Notes under the pieces: generated by a model
Told to the model about the DNA's origin: nothing
Seen by the model: only the letters and a program-made list of their open reading frames with translations
Database searches by the model: none
From: a bacterium
GTDB taxonomy: Bacteria > Patescibacteriota > Minisyncoccia > Phycocordibacterales > UBA6899
Reading direction: 5' to 3'
DNA length: 64,000 nucleotides
NCBI GenBank assembly: GCA_043756865.1
Contig: JAYUQG010000030.1
Span: forward strand, 30,703-94,702
In this document: one piece after another, positions 17,934 to 28,119 of the stretch
How positions within the stretch are numbered: position 1 is the stretch's first letter
Layout of the letters: the number at the start of each line of letters is the position of its first letter
Translations under genes and position numbers: made by a program

Positions 17934-20726
17934 TCAAACAGGCTTCGGAATAATTGCCTTCCAATCGACCTTTCGCGGTTTCTTGAACCATTCTCTGATC
18001 CAATCCTCCGGGATGAAGGTAATTTTGATGGGGGCAAAGTTTTCCCCGACTGCGGGGAGAGACACTACGACTCCACCGACGTGACTTCGTGCGAATCCAT
18101 GTTTACCGAACGGGTCGCCTGACGTCGCCGCAGGACACGAGATGTGCAGATAGTTTGGCACAAAGACATAGCCACCCTTGTGGATGTCTCCGGTCATCTG
18201 CACCTCCAGTGACAGATCGTGGAAGGCTCCCGTATGGTTGCCTCGTTCAACCGCATTTTTCGCTGCGTTTTCGAGTCCAAAGCCATTCGCCGGACCTTTA
18301 CGTGCGGGGTTGCCGCGCATATGCAGTCCATAGCGACCACCCTTGCCCGTTATGAGGCGGGCGAGACCGAGAAAGTCCTGCCCGTGCATCGGGTACCCGA
18401 CATACTTCGAACGCTCCGTGAGCATTTCATCACGAAACTCCTTGGGGAGATCGAGCGCGATACGGGGTTTCGCCACCTCGCCCAAAATGCAGCCTTCAGA
18501 AATGGTGTTCATTCCCTTTTGGCCGTGTGCATTTTGCCAATGGTTTCCGTTCGGAAACCACAGCACAGGAAGGTCGCGCGAATCCTCGATCAGCGGGTTT
18601 TTCCCGATGCTCTCGAGCTTAAGTCCGCTTTTGTTGAACGTCTGGATGACGCTTGCAAAACCAGCGCTACAGTTGTTGAGCATTCCGTAGATGAGCTTCA
18701 GAATCTGCTCTTGTCCACGGTATTCACCGCTGTAGACCTTCTGCCACATGACAAGTTCGTCACGCTCTGCTTCGAGTTCTTCAACGCGATCAAGCTTGCC
18801 GGTAGTGCGTGCACGTGCAATTCGCCCACGGAAGGAAGCTAACGTTCGCTGCATGTTGCTAAGCGACATGCGCTGCTCGTGCGGTTCGAGATAGTACGCA
18901 TGGTTCAAACCGTGCGACATATCGTCTTCAAAACCGTAGAGGGACAATCGTCCGAATCCGTCCGAATGGCCCATAACCTTGAACCACGCACTGGTGAAGT
19001 CGAGGAGCTTCCGTTCCTCTTTGTCGAAAACGTGAAACTCCCACGCTTGTCCCGAGTGCAGATCAGAGGTTGACCCGATATTCACATACTTGTCGATATC
19101 GGGAAGTTTCACCTTGTCACGCACTTTTTGCGGACCACCGAGGTACTGAACAGCCGGTACCGTATGCGTCGCAAACTGGACAAGTCCTTCGGGAACACTA
19201 ACCACAACTGCGGCAGGCTGGAACAGCGGATCGCCGACCAAGCGCTCAATTGTGGTTGCGCCTGAACCAATGAGGCCAGCTTCGCCAAACTTCTTCTTGA
19301 CGTATGCACCATCAAAAGCAGGTGCGAGCGTCAGCGCATGTACCACCCGAGGCTCACTAAAGTGACCGTCGGAAATAAGCGAGTGCGAGTGGTGTGTCGT
19401 CCATCGATTGACCACAGTTTCGATATCCGCGAGACCGCTGGATTTCGTTTTATGGTTTGCACGACGCTTGATGTACCCGTCCAAGTGATTGCCCGAAGGG
19501 ATGTCTCCGCCAAATTCGGCGAAGTGGAACACCTTTCCGCGGTAGATGCAGTACGAACTGCCGATGCCGAGAAGCTTCGCCCCGGGAATCGCCTCAATGA
19601 GTCGCCCGACGTAGTACGAGCGCACGCGCTCCGTAGCCCTGCGGTCGTTGTCCTTGCTCATGTTGGTCTGCACAGTACGCGAGAGTTCGTCAATGTGCGA
19701 ACGAAATTCGGCATCCAGCACGAGATTAAACGGGTCATGCTTCATTTCCGCACGCACCATGGCAATCTTCCGCTGCACTTCTGCGCGCGCTTTGAGCGTT
19801 TGTGAGCGCAATTCCCAATGTGTGAGCATGCGCACCAGCTCTTCTTCGCCTGCGCCCAATTGCAGATAGACGGGTACAGTGAATCGCGGAAGGCCACCTG
19901 ATTCTGCGGAGTGGAAAAAGTTTTTCTTGAAGCCACCCAGTAGATTCTCAAGGTCCTCAAGGAGTGTCGTGAAGATGGGTGTTTGATCACCGCTCTTCAT
20001 GATTTCTTTCACGCGTTCGGCGTAAATCGGATCAATGACCTCAAGGTCAAGATCGATTGCTGACGTGTGTGCGTGTCGATTACGCGTATTTGCATGCGAC
20101 ATTTTCACACGCAAGTGCATGAGTCCACCGGTGAACACCACTGCGTAACGCTCACGTTCTGCATACTCCATCAAACAACGAAGGAAGTTGTGCGACATCC
20201 GCCCGTCATAAGGTAGCCCCAAAAGAAGCGCACCGATAACAAACACACCGTTCATGTCGTCAGGAATGACGATGGGAGCAGAGAGGCTCGTTTTCGGCAT
20301 CTCGAGAATCTTGACGTTGTGTCCCTCGGGAATCACGCGAAGAATCCCGGGAATGTGCCCAGCGGGTTTCTTCTGCTGACTCTTTCCGCGAAGGTATTTG
20401 ATCTTGCGATCAACTTCCTCTTTGGGAATATGGTTAAACGTTTTATACAAACGCTCAACGGGCCAACCCTCACGAACATACTCGTCCAAGAGTGCGTTCT
20501 CGGCTTTCCCCCAGATGAGGGAGTCAAGGCGCGACAGGAGTGAGGTCTTGGTGAAGCGGTATCCACCGGTTGAGAGGAAGGGTCCAAGGGTCTTGTGGTT
20601 TGCAACGAGCGCGATGAGGTTGTTTATCGCATTCGGCTTTTTGAGTGCACCGGCTTGGATGCTCTCGCGAATAAAATGCAACAAGGGCTCGTGTTCCCAA
20701 TAGCTTTGCTTTTTGACTCGAGTCAT
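17934..20726 (-). CDS. large (930 aa) hypothetical protein with scattered metallophosphoesterase-like motifs
   Basis: Continuous 2.8-kb ORF with GDIHKGGY, GNH and D-x-H-type motifs, but not in canonical calcineurin-like order; no confident family. Confidence 0.5.
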   Translation of the reverse strand: MTRVKKQSYWEHEPLLHFIRESIQAGALKKPNAINNLIALVANHKTLGPFLSTGGYRFTKTSLLSRLDSLIWGKAENALLDEYVREGWPVERLYKTFNHIPKEEVDRKIKYLRGKSQQKKPAGHIPGILRVIPEGHNVKILEMPKTSLSAPIVIPDDMNGVFVIGALLLGLPYDGRMSHNFLRCLMEYAERERYAVVFTGGLMHLRVKMSHANTRNRHAHTSAIDLDLEVIDPIYAERVKEIMKSGDQTPIFTTLLEDLENLLGGFKKNFFHSAESGGLPRFTVPVYLQLGAGEEELVRMLTHWELRSQTLKARAEVQRKIAMVRAEMKHDPFNLVLDAEFRSHIDELSRTVQTNMSKDNDRRATERVRSYYVGRLIEAIPGAKLLGIGSSYCIYRGKVFHFAEFGGDIPSGNHLDGYIKRRANHKTKSSGLADIETVVNRWTTHHSHSLISDGHFSEPRVVHALTLAPAFDGAYVKKKFGEAGLIGSGATTIERLVGDPLFQPAAVVVSVPEGLVQFATHTVPAVQYLGGPQKVRDKVKLPDIDKYVNIGSTSDLHSGQAWEFHVFDKEERKLLDFTSAWFKVMGHSDGFGRLSLYGFEDDMSHGLNHAYYLEPHEQRMSLSNMQRTLASFRGRIARARTTGKLDRVEELEAERDELVMWQKVYSGEYRGQEQILKLIYGMLNNCSAGFASVIQTFNKSGLKLESIGKNPLIEDSRDLPVLWFPNGNHWQNAHGQKGMNTISEGCILGEVAKPRIALDLPKEFRDEMLTERSKYVGYPMHGQDFLGLARLITGKGGRYGLHMRGNPARKGPANGFGLENAAKNAVERGNHTGAFHDLSLEVQMTGDIHKGGYVFVPNYLHISCPAATSGDPFGKHGFARSHVGGVVVSLPAVGENFAPIKITFIPEDWIREWFKKPRKVDWKAIIPKPV

Positions 20727-20845
20727 GACAGTCTCCTATCCAGTTGGATTTCAAAAAACTACGTCTGATGCCATTCTAGGCCGACGAAACAAAATGCCTA
20801 TCTTGACAATAGAAAGAAAGAAACCCGTGGTAGAAAAATTACTGC

Positions 20846-20881
20846 CAAAAAAACCTTATGGTTGCTCGCACCATAAAGGTT
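20846..20881 (-). terminator. rho-independent terminator for engB (minus strand)
   Basis: On the minus strand, aacctttatggtgcgagcaaccataaggtt followed by TTTTTTT. Confidence 0.7.
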
Positions 20882-20903
20882 ATCCCCAACATTACGATTC
20901 GGG

Positions 20904-21554
20904 TCACTTGATACCAAGTACTCCAAACAACATCTTGCGCACTGCGGCAATATGAGTTCTTTTCACAGCGGAAAATGGAATGATGTCGATATCGGGAAAC
21001 TCGTCTATGAGTGCCTGCATTGCCTTCGGAAATTCATTACCGGAAAGTTTATCAACCTTATTTGCGAGCACCACGAGTGGGTGACCTTCATCATGCGCGA
21101 CACCGATCAGCTCACGATCGTGCTCGGTAATACCGACACGAATATCTATGATGAGTACAATAAGCTTGGGTTTTGCCTCCCCTCCTGAGAGATACCACAA
21201 AATATGTTTTCTCACTTTGTCTTGGTCGGCTGCAGGCATGCGTGCATATCCATATCCCGGCAAGTCGACAAAGTAGCCCTTCGCACCGACCTCAAAAAAA
21301 TTTATTTCCTGAGTCTTTCCGGGAGTTGTACTCGTACGCGCAACCGCACTTCCCAGAATCGCATTAATAGAGGAAGACTTCCCTACATTTGAGCGTCCCA
21401 CAAAGGCAATCGACGGACGCCCATCAAAGAGAATGTTGTCTGTTCCTTTGATGCCACGACGAAATTGCACAGCAACCCCTGCGGCGGTTTGCTGTTTCAT
21501 GTATGCAGGCTTTGGGGGCCGTTTGGTGGTGTGCTTCTTGCGTACCTGTTTCAT
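20904..21554 (-). CDS. engB: ribosome biogenesis GTP-binding protein EngB/YsxC
   Basis: G1 motif GRSNVGKSSSINAILG and G4 NKVD, with EngB family organisation. Confidence 0.85.
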   Translation of the reverse strand: MKQVRKKHTTKRPPKPAYMKQQTAAGVAVQFRRGIKGTDNILFDGRPSIAFVGRSNVGKSSSINAILGSAVARTSTTPGKTQEINFFEVGAKGYFVDLPGYGYARMPAADQDKVRKHILWYLSGGEAKPKLIVLIIDIRVGITEHDRELIGVAHDEGHPLVVLANKVDKLSGNEFPKAMQALIDEFPDIDIIPFSAVKRTHIAAVRKMLFGVLGIK

Positions 21555-21633
21555 TGTTAGATACTAGCGGAGTGTGGAATATTGCGCAACAAAAAGCCGC
21601 TTTCTTCAAGCGGCGAGTTTTATTTCACTGCAC

Positions 21634-21885
21634 TTAGCGTGCGTCATTCTCTTTTGCTGCGCATTCCGCACACGTCTGGCCTGCACCCTCGGTGTAGTAG
21701 GCACCGTCCTTCCAACGCTTCTGGTCGTGAATATGTGTCGCGAGTGCGAGATATCCCAGCGTACTCCAACAACTCACACAGAATTCAGGACCACCTCTTT
21801 TGGCGTCGTCGATAATCCGCTGTCGGTCATCAGAACTCGAAATATTCCGACGAATTGCGTTTTCAATTAAACTCAGAATGCTCAT
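21634..21885 (-). CDS. small Cys-containing hypothetical protein
   Basis: 83-aa ORF followed (minus strand) by a hairpin terminator at 21590..21615. Confidence 0.35.
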   Translation of the reverse strand: MSILSLIENAIRRNISSSDDRQRIIDDAKRGGPEFCVSCWSTLGYLALATHIHDQKRWKDGAYYTEGAGQTCAECAAKENDAR

Positions 21886-22010
21886 ATGGATCCCTCAAGA
21901 AAGTGCTCGACTATCCGCATTATTCAGGATTTGTCGCGGGTGTCAACAGTCATATTTATTCCGCACGTGTTATACTCTTGCACATACATTAATCTACTAG
22001 CGTATTCATC

Positions 22011-22805
22011 ATGGAAGAGCAAACACCTAAGTCTGATAAGACTCATGTAGCGACACCAACCCCAAAACGTAGGGGCGACGATTTGAGTATCCCACTCGCT
22101 ATTATCTTTGCGGGAGTCTTGGTTGCAGGCGCAATTATTTTCTCGGAACGCGCAACTCCTGTGGTGAAACAACCCGTGGTAGAGGCGGGCGTACGCGACA
22201 CTGTTGGCGCCGATGAAGCAAATGCCCCAGTTGAGTTGCTCGCACTTGTTGCGGATGATCACATTCTCGGTAACCCCAATGCCGAAGTACTTATCATTGA
22301 ATATTCCGACCCCGAGTGCCCTTTCTGTAAACGTTTTCATGAAACAATGGTTCAAGTCATGGAACAATACGGAAAATCGGGACAAGTCGCTTGGGTCTAT
22401 CGCCACTTCCCTCTTGATCAAATTCACCCCAAAGCCCGAAAGGAAGGTGAGGCGCAAGAATGTGCAGCAGAGCTTGGTGGAAATGAAGCCTTCTGGAAAT
22501 ATACCGACAAGTTATTTGAGATCACCCCCGCCAATAATGGCCTTGACCTCGCACAGCTACCAAAACTTGCCCAGACCATTGGCCTCGATGGAGTTGCGTT
22601 TACCGCATGTCTCGACAGTGGCAGATATGCAGCGCGTGTGCAGCGCGACTTTGAAAACGGCGCAAATGTTGGTGTACGTGGTACACCATATACAATCGTC
22701 TGGAATAAAACGACTGGAAAACAAATGCCACTCAATGGTGCATATCCATTCGAGAATATGAAAACAATCCTTGGGCTTATGATAGAGGCTCCTAAAGCAA
22801 AGTAA
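22011..22805 (+). CDS. DsbA-family thiol:disulfide interchange protein with N-terminal membrane anchor
   Basis: CPFC active site in SDPECPFCKRFH, a thioredoxin fold, and a hydrophobic N-terminus. Confidence 0.8.
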   Translation: MEEQTPKSDKTHVATPTPKRRGDDLSIPLAIIFAGVLVAGAIIFSERATPVVKQPVVEAGVRDTVGADEANAPVELLALVADDHILGNPNAEVLIIEYSDPECPFCKRFHETMVQVMEQYGKSGQVAWVYRHFPLDQIHPKARKEGEAQECAAELGGNEAFWKYTDKLFEITPANNGLDLAQLPKLAQTIGLDGVAFTACLDSGRYAARVQRDFENGANVGVRGTPYTIVWNKTTGKQMPLNGAYPFENMKTILGLMIEAPKAK

Positions 22806-22813
22806 TTGTGTTC

Positions 22814-22848
22814 AAAAAAATCACCGACTCCATCGGTGATTTTTTTTA
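22814..22848. terminator. bidirectional rho-independent terminator
   Basis: AAAAAA-atcaccgactccatcggtgat-TTTTTTTT between convergent dsbA-like (+) and sufT (-). Confidence 0.8.
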
Positions 22849-22870
22849 TGGAAATTTTTTAAACACAATA

Positions 22871-23158
22871 TTAGATACCCAGTGCAATACGAATATCCTC
22901 AGGGGGCACCCACTCGGGCTCAAAGGTCACGTCAACGCGCACTTCAACACCGAGGGCTCCGAGCGCCTTTTCTACAGAGGCAATAATTTCTTCGCCATAG
23001 GGGCAAAATGGTGTGGTAAGTGTCATGAGTATATCAATACCGTCCTCACCGATAGCGATGTTGTAAATCAACCCAAGGGAGTAAATGTCGATATGGATCT
23101 CAGGGTCCTCGACGGTCTTGAGCGCCTTTATAATGTCTTCTTTAGTTGGGTTGTTCAT
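22871..23158 (-). CDS. sufT: Fe-S cluster assembly protein SufT-like (DUF59/MIP18 family)
   Basis: 95 aa with the conserved DPE...TTPFCP Cys motif of the DUF59 family. Confidence 0.75.
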   Translation of the reverse strand: MNNPTKEDIIKALKTVEDPEIHIDIYSLGLIYNIAIGEDGIDILMTLTTPFCPYGEEIIASVEKALGALGVEVRVDVTFEPEWVPPEDIRIALGI

Positions 23159-23886
23159 ACTATTGATTCAAATCCCTCCCGCTCAACCCTCGCGACTAGC
23201 TCCATGCCACCTGAGGCAACAATCTTTCCGCCGCGCATGATATGTACGTGGTCGGGGGTGATGTGCTCGAGCAGTTTTGTGTAATGCGTCACAAGCAGAA
23301 ACCCAACTCCTTTTTTGCGCAGTGCCTCAATCACTGCAAACACTTTTTTCAGTGCATCGATATCGACACCCGAATCAATTTCATCAAGGAGTGCAAACTT
23401 TGGTTCGAGAGCCAGCAGTTGCAGCACTTCACTTTGTTTCTTCTCACCTCCTGAAAGGCCGGTATTCAAATGTTTTTTGAGAAATGTCGAATCAATACCG
23501 AATTCTTTTGCACGTGCTTCCATCTGTTTATAAAAATCCAGTGGAGTAGTGTCTCCGCCTTTGATGCTTTTGTGTGCGCGAAATAGAAAGTTCGTAAGAG
23601 TAACACCAGCAATCTCGGGTAAGTGTTGCAGGGAAAGAAAAACTCCTGCGCGCGCTTTTTTCTCTGTGGGGAGTGCGGTAATATCTTCTCCATCGAGTGT
23701 GAAGGTGCCACTGGTAATTGCGTAGGTGGGGTGTCCCATGAGGGCATTTAAGAGCGAGGTTTTGCCGGAGCCGTTTGGCCCCATCAGAATATGTACTTCT
23801 CCGCTTTTGAGTGCGAAAGAAATCCCCTCGAGCACGCTTGTGTCTCCGGCACTCACGGACAGGTCATGTATTTGTAGTTCACTCAT
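23155..23886 (-). CDS. sufC: Fe-S cluster assembly ATPase SufC
   Basis: Walker A GPNGSGKTS, ABC signature LSGGEKK and Walker B LLDEIDSG; 243 aa with no TM domain. Confidence 0.9.
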   Translation of the reverse strand: MSELQIHDLSVSAGDTSVLEGISFALKSGEVHILMGPNGSGKTSLLNALMGHPTYAITSGTFTLDGEDITALPTEKKARAGVFLSLQHLPEIAGVTLTNFLFRAHKSIKGGDTTPLDFYKQMEARAKEFGIDSTFLKKHLNTGLSGGEKKQSEVLQLLALEPKFALLDEIDSGVDIDALKKVFAVIEALRKKGVGFLLVTHYTKLLEHITPDHVHIMRGGKIVASGGMELVARVEREGFESIV

Positions 23887-23958
23887 TGGTTGGACTATTA
23901 CACACTAAAATAGCAAAAAAGGCAAGTAAATACCCGCGCGGTGCGCGGGTATGACGAT

Positions 23959-25134
23959 TCAGGAAACAAAGAACAAGTATGGACCGAATTTTTCGTGATT
24001 CTGCATCAAGTGCTGAACAACGAAGTATCCGATGCCACAACCAATTGCGGTGAGAAACGAGTATCCAAGCACGCTTCCAGCTGGGATCTCAAACCACTTC
24101 TCGAGTGCCCAAAGCACAAGGAATGAGCCGGCCATTTTCGCAAGGTCTGGTACACCAAGCACTCCGCCCAGCCAAATCGCGGCGAATGCAGCGACGAGCA
24201 TGACGGCATTCCAGACAACATACGACGAGTCCCTATAGAACTTCGACGAAAGAATCAGGAGGCCAAGGAAAAAAACGAAACTTCCGAGGAAGAAAACCGC
24301 CGGCGCGAATACCGAAAGATATGCATCGGGGAAACCGAAGGCACGGGAACCGACGTAGAAGAAGAGGAGGAGAAACGCGACTCCTGTACCACGCGGAACG
24401 GCCGCCTCGTCTTTGAATCCAATTGCATAGCACAGGCCACCCATCGATGCGGCGAATCCACCCATGCCAAGGAGTGCGAGCACGGCGACGTAGCCGATAA
24501 GCGTACTCTGATGCAAGAATGCTGCAATGATTGCGTACACCATCACAAAGAAGCAAAAGCGCATTGGGCTCGACTTGAGTTTGTGTACCCACGCAGAGAA
24601 CATGAGCGAGCCACCGAAGCCGAGTGTTCCGACCAACGCGGCGTAATGACCACCCCAGCCAAACAGGAAACTGCCGAAGGTGAGTCCGAGCGATGTGACG
24701 TAAAACAACACCTCGTAAAGCCCCTTCGGAATCCATTTGAATACGGGCACGCAATGGAACAGGAAAATTGCTCCTGCGATGGCTCCCACGACTGCGAAGA
24801 ACCCCTGCATCCAAGAAAGCGATGAAAGCGCACCAGCAAACTTTTGTGCCGCGGTGAGTTCGTAGGCCATGCCCACCTTCTGCGTCAAATCAGCTGCGCT
24901 GATATCACGACCGAGCGCAACCCTTGCTTGGGTCAAGCATTCTGCGACTGCAGTGGCGTATGCCTCTCCCACGAGCACTCCTTTTTTCTGGAAACGCAGC
25001 GCGCTGTCAAGGCAAATGCGCGACGGTACGAGCTGATTGTGTTCCGATATCGAAAGCGGCTCAGCAGGTGCCGCGTACACAAAAAATGAGCACAAAAGTG
25101 CGAGAGTGCATGCGAGCAAATTCTTCCAAATCAT
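23959..25134 (-). CDS. polytopic integral membrane protein with N-terminal signal peptide and periplasmic domain, function unknown
   Basis: Start set to MIWKNLLACTLALLCSFFV (ATG 25134) rather than the upstream in-frame extension; about 9 hydrophobic helices. Confidence 0.5.
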   Translation of the reverse strand: MIWKNLLACTLALLCSFFVYAAPAEPLSISEHNQLVPSRICLDSALRFQKKGVLVGEAYATAVAECLTQARVALGRDISAADLTQKVGMAYELTAAQKFAGALSSLSWMQGFFAVVGAIAGAIFLFHCVPVFKWIPKGLYEVLFYVTSLGLTFGSFLFGWGGHYAALVGTLGFGGSLMFSAWVHKLKSSPMRFCFFVMVYAIIAAFLHQSTLIGYVAVLALLGMGGFAASMGGLCYAIGFKDEAAVPRGTGVAFLLLFFYVGSRAFGFPDAYLSVFAPAVFFLGSFVFFLGLLILSSKFYRDSSYVVWNAVMLVAAFAAIWLGGVLGVPDLAKMAGSFLVLWALEKWFEIPAGSVLGYSFLTAIGCGIGYFVVQHLMQNHEKFGPYLFFVS

Positions 25135-25231
25135 GGTTACTCCTTCTGAAATGTATTGAACATTGAGCCGTAATATTACTACCACATATTTATAAAAAGT
25201 AAATCCCCGCGCATATGCGCGGGGTCTTTCA

Positions 25232-26884
25232 TTAACCTGCTGGGAAGAAGTAGGGCTCGGCGGGTGCGGCGAGTGCCTGCAAGTCTGCACGAATAACTCG
25301 TGCAACGTTATATCCGGATGCTCCCGTCACTCCCCCACCCGGGTGAGTCCCCGCACCACAAAGATAGAGGCCGGGGAATTCCCTCACACGATAATCTGCC
25401 ATTCCTGAAACAGGCCGGAATGAGAACAGTTGGGACAACCCCATTGCGCCATGAAAAATATTGCCGCCGGGCATACCCAACTCGGCTTCGATGTCGCGCG
25501 GTGTCAGAATTTGTACTCCGTCGCGTATCGCATCCCAGTTTGTCACGTATTCGCGCATGAGTGGCCAAACAACATCGTTGATGTATGCATGCTTCTGACG
25601 CTCGTCGACTTCTGGATTCCCCTCGTACAGGTAGAACTGCAGAAAGATGTTCATCACGTGGCGTCCGGGGGGCGCTAGCGTGTTGTCGAGCGCTGAGGGA
25701 AGTGTGATTTCGAGTATCGGAAACTTGTGTACACGACCTCCGTGGAATGCCTCGAGTGCGTCAAGGATGTAACGCACCGTTGGAGCGATATGGATTGTAC
25801 CGAAGTGTTGTGGCCCCGGAGTTGTACCAGGAACTACTTTCCAATTCGGAAGTCCCTTGAGCGTGCAATTGATTTTCATCGTTGCACTCTTGGTATCCCT
25901 CAAGCGCATGCGTGTCCCCATTTCATGTGCCCCCTTTGCCGAGCGCATGAGCTTCCCGAAGGTATGTGCGGGGTCTACACCCGAAACAACAATATCTGCG
26001 GGAAATACTTTCAGCGTTCCTTGCTTCCAGTCACTTTCGAATATGCGCGCAGAGACACCGGTCACCGCGCGATTGTCGTTAGTGTGAATCCATGACACCC
26101 GCGCACGAGTAATCATCTCTACGCCAAGTACCTCACACGCTGCACGTAGAGATTCTGAAATCCCACCCATGCCACCACGCATGTATCCCCAGACGCCACG
26201 AGCACCACCCGCCTCCCCCATCACATGATGCAAGAGTACATAACCATTCAACTCGACCGCACCTATGAGTGCGTCAGTTAAGAGCGTTGCCTTGACCACG
26301 TCTGATTCAAACCAATCACTCAAATAGTCGACGGGGTCCGAAATCAGCAGTTTCCGCAGTCGTGCCATTTGTCGAAAGGAAAGCTTGAGTGTGTGACGTG
26401 CAACGCCAAGCAATGAGCTGATGTCGCTTAAGCTACGCGGTGGAATATTCGGCGGAATCATGGTCATCAGTTTTGACATCCAGTCGCCGAGCTCACCCAG
26501 CTCGTGCTCATAACGCGGATACGCTTCTGCGTCCTTTGCGGAGAATTTTGCAATCTCGCGCTTATTGGCCTCCATGTCGGGACCGAGAAACAAGTATCTC
26601 CCGTCAGGAAGCGGGGTGAACGAAGACGGGTTCCTCGGAATCACCTCGTATCCATAACGCACAAGGTCAAGATCGCGCACAACCTCAGGAAGAAACAAGC
26701 TGTTCAAGTATGAAAACGAAGAAAGCTTGTAGCCCTTAAAAGTAGTGCTGTCTGTGGATGCTGCACCTCCGACCACATTACGAGCTTCAAGCACGGTCAC
26801 ATCGTGGCCGTCTTTTGCTGCATATGCCGCTGCGACGAGGCTGTTGTGCCCACCTCCGACAAAAACCATTTTTTTGCGTTCCAT
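25232..26884 (-). CDS. phytoene-desaturase-family (CrtI-like) FAD-dependent oxidoreductase
   Basis: N-terminal FAD Rossmann VFVGGGHNSLVAAAYAAKDGHDVTVLEARNVVGGAA; 550 aa, typical of CrtI-related oxidoreductases. Confidence 0.8.
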   Translation of the reverse strand: MERKKMVFVGGGHNSLVAAAYAAKDGHDVTVLEARNVVGGAASTDSTTFKGYKLSSFSYLNSLFLPEVVRDLDLVRYGYEVIPRNPSSFTPLPDGRYLFLGPDMEANKREIAKFSAKDAEAYPRYEHELGELGDWMSKLMTMIPPNIPPRSLSDISSLLGVARHTLKLSFRQMARLRKLLISDPVDYLSDWFESDVVKATLLTDALIGAVELNGYVLLHHVMGEAGGARGVWGYMRGGMGGISESLRAACEVLGVEMITRARVSWIHTNDNRAVTGVSARIFESDWKQGTLKVFPADIVVSGVDPAHTFGKLMRSAKGAHEMGTRMRLRDTKSATMKINCTLKGLPNWKVVPGTTPGPQHFGTIHIAPTVRYILDALEAFHGGRVHKFPILEITLPSALDNTLAPPGRHVMNIFLQFYLYEGNPEVDERQKHAYINDVVWPLMREYVTNWDAIRDGVQILTPRDIEAELGMPGGNIFHGAMGLSQLFSFRPVSGMADYRVREFPGLYLCGAGTHPGGGVTGASGYNVARVIRADLQALAAPAEPYFFPAG

Positions 26885-26978
26885 GTTGTCTCCACAAATT
26901 CAAAGAATCTCACCTTGGTCTATCATGACCAAAGGTGAAAAACAAACCCAAAACGTTATGTAATATTGTTTTGCAAAA

Positions 26979-27674
26979 GTGCACGTCGTGTGCGATATTC
27001 AGTGCAGATTAAATGCAATGAGGTGTGGAGTGATTACTGTACAAAAGCTACCTGACTACCCCATTTGGCACGTGGAATCGGATGACCGATGGGAACTTGC
27101 GATGACGTTTTTGCGCATCGAAGAGTTCTACGAATGTCCCAATCCACGTTTTCAAGGAAACGTATTTTTACTCGAAACATACATGGACTGGTATGTTCAG
27201 GAATATTCAAAGTCGAAAAGGTCATACGGCACATTTACGTATGCATCCGACTGGTTAGCGTTCAACGTCCCAGAGAGTGCTGTGCGTGCAGTCAGGGACA
27301 CCTTTACCAATCACTCAGCCAAAGAGTCGTGGCTGTTTGATGAATTGCACAAGCAGGGCGCATTTGCCGAAGAACGGTTTTATGTTATTGGAAACAAGCG
27401 CGGTGCACATGCATATTTTGCACACGAATATCGGCATGCATTGTTTGCTCTTAACGATGCATACCGTGACGAGATGCGCGCGGCAATTGCGCAGTTCAAA
27501 ATTCCTGAATTGCGCGAATGGATATTGTCATGCTATGCACCATCAGTGCTTGAGGATGAAATCCAAGCGTACGCACTCACCGGTTGGCCAAATGAGGTCG
27601 CCATCACAGGTCACATGCGTAAACTCCAGCGTGCTCTAAAGCGCATCGAAAAAAAATATATCTCCGCCATATAG
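26979..27674 (+). CDS. hypothetical protein
   Basis: 231-aa ORF with uncertain start (GTG at 26979; internal ATGs at 27018 and 27102); terminated by hairpin 27664..27685. Confidence 0.4.
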   Translation: MHVVCDIQCRLNAMRCGVITVQKLPDYPIWHVESDDRWELAMTFLRIEEFYECPNPRFQGNVFLLETYMDWYVQEYSKSKRSYGTFTYASDWLAFNVPESAVRAVRDTFTNHSAKESWLFDELHKQGAFAEERFYVIGNKRGAHAYFAHEYRHALFALNDAYRDEMRAAIAQFKIPELREWILSCYAPSVLEDEIQAYALTGWPNEVAITGHMRKLQRALKRIEKKYISAI

Positions 27675-27685
27675 GCGGTTTTTTT
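27664..27685 (+). terminator. rho-independent terminator
   Basis: ccgccatataggcgg followed by TTTTTTT. Confidence 0.75.
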
Positions 27686-27725
27686 GCAACTCAACACGCA
27701 AATATATCAACAATAGTACAGGGGC

Positions 27726-28088
27726 TTAGCCCCGCAAAGCCTGATGCAGTGTTGAAAGCGCGAGGAGTGCACACTTTTCTCGTTGTGGAGAAATCACGGT
27801 TCCATAGAGCTTATATATATCGTTTTCATTCAATTTTGCAATGTCCAACTTCGTCCTGCCTTTTATTTTGTCGGTAAGCATCGAAGCTCCCGACTGAGAA
27901 ATGGCACATCCGAACCCCTCAAAGGAAACGTCCTCGAGTACATCACCATTCCATTTCAGATAAAGCACCAAGTCGTCACCGCAGGATATATTCTCTCCTT
28001 TTTGTCTCACATCAAAATCTTCCATCCGCCGTCGATTGTGCGGATGCTTGTAGTGTTCGAGAATGTGTTCTTGGTAGAGGGGGTCCAT
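27726..28088 (-). CDS. sufU: Fe-S cluster scaffold SufU (NifU/IscU-like)
   Basis: Start at MDPLYQEHILEHYKHP. Has GCAISQSGASM and the conserved Cys residues of SufU. The upstream in-frame extension in the ORF track is not supported. Confidence 0.8.
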   Translation of the reverse strand: MDPLYQEHILEHYKHPHNRRRMEDFDVRQKGENISCGDDLVLYLKWNGDVLEDVSFEGFGCAISQSGASMLTDKIKGRTKLDIAKLNENDIYKLYGTVISPQREKCALLALSTLHQALRG

Positions 28089-28119
28089 ATTTATACAAGA
28101 GAATAGTCGGTAGTAAGCA

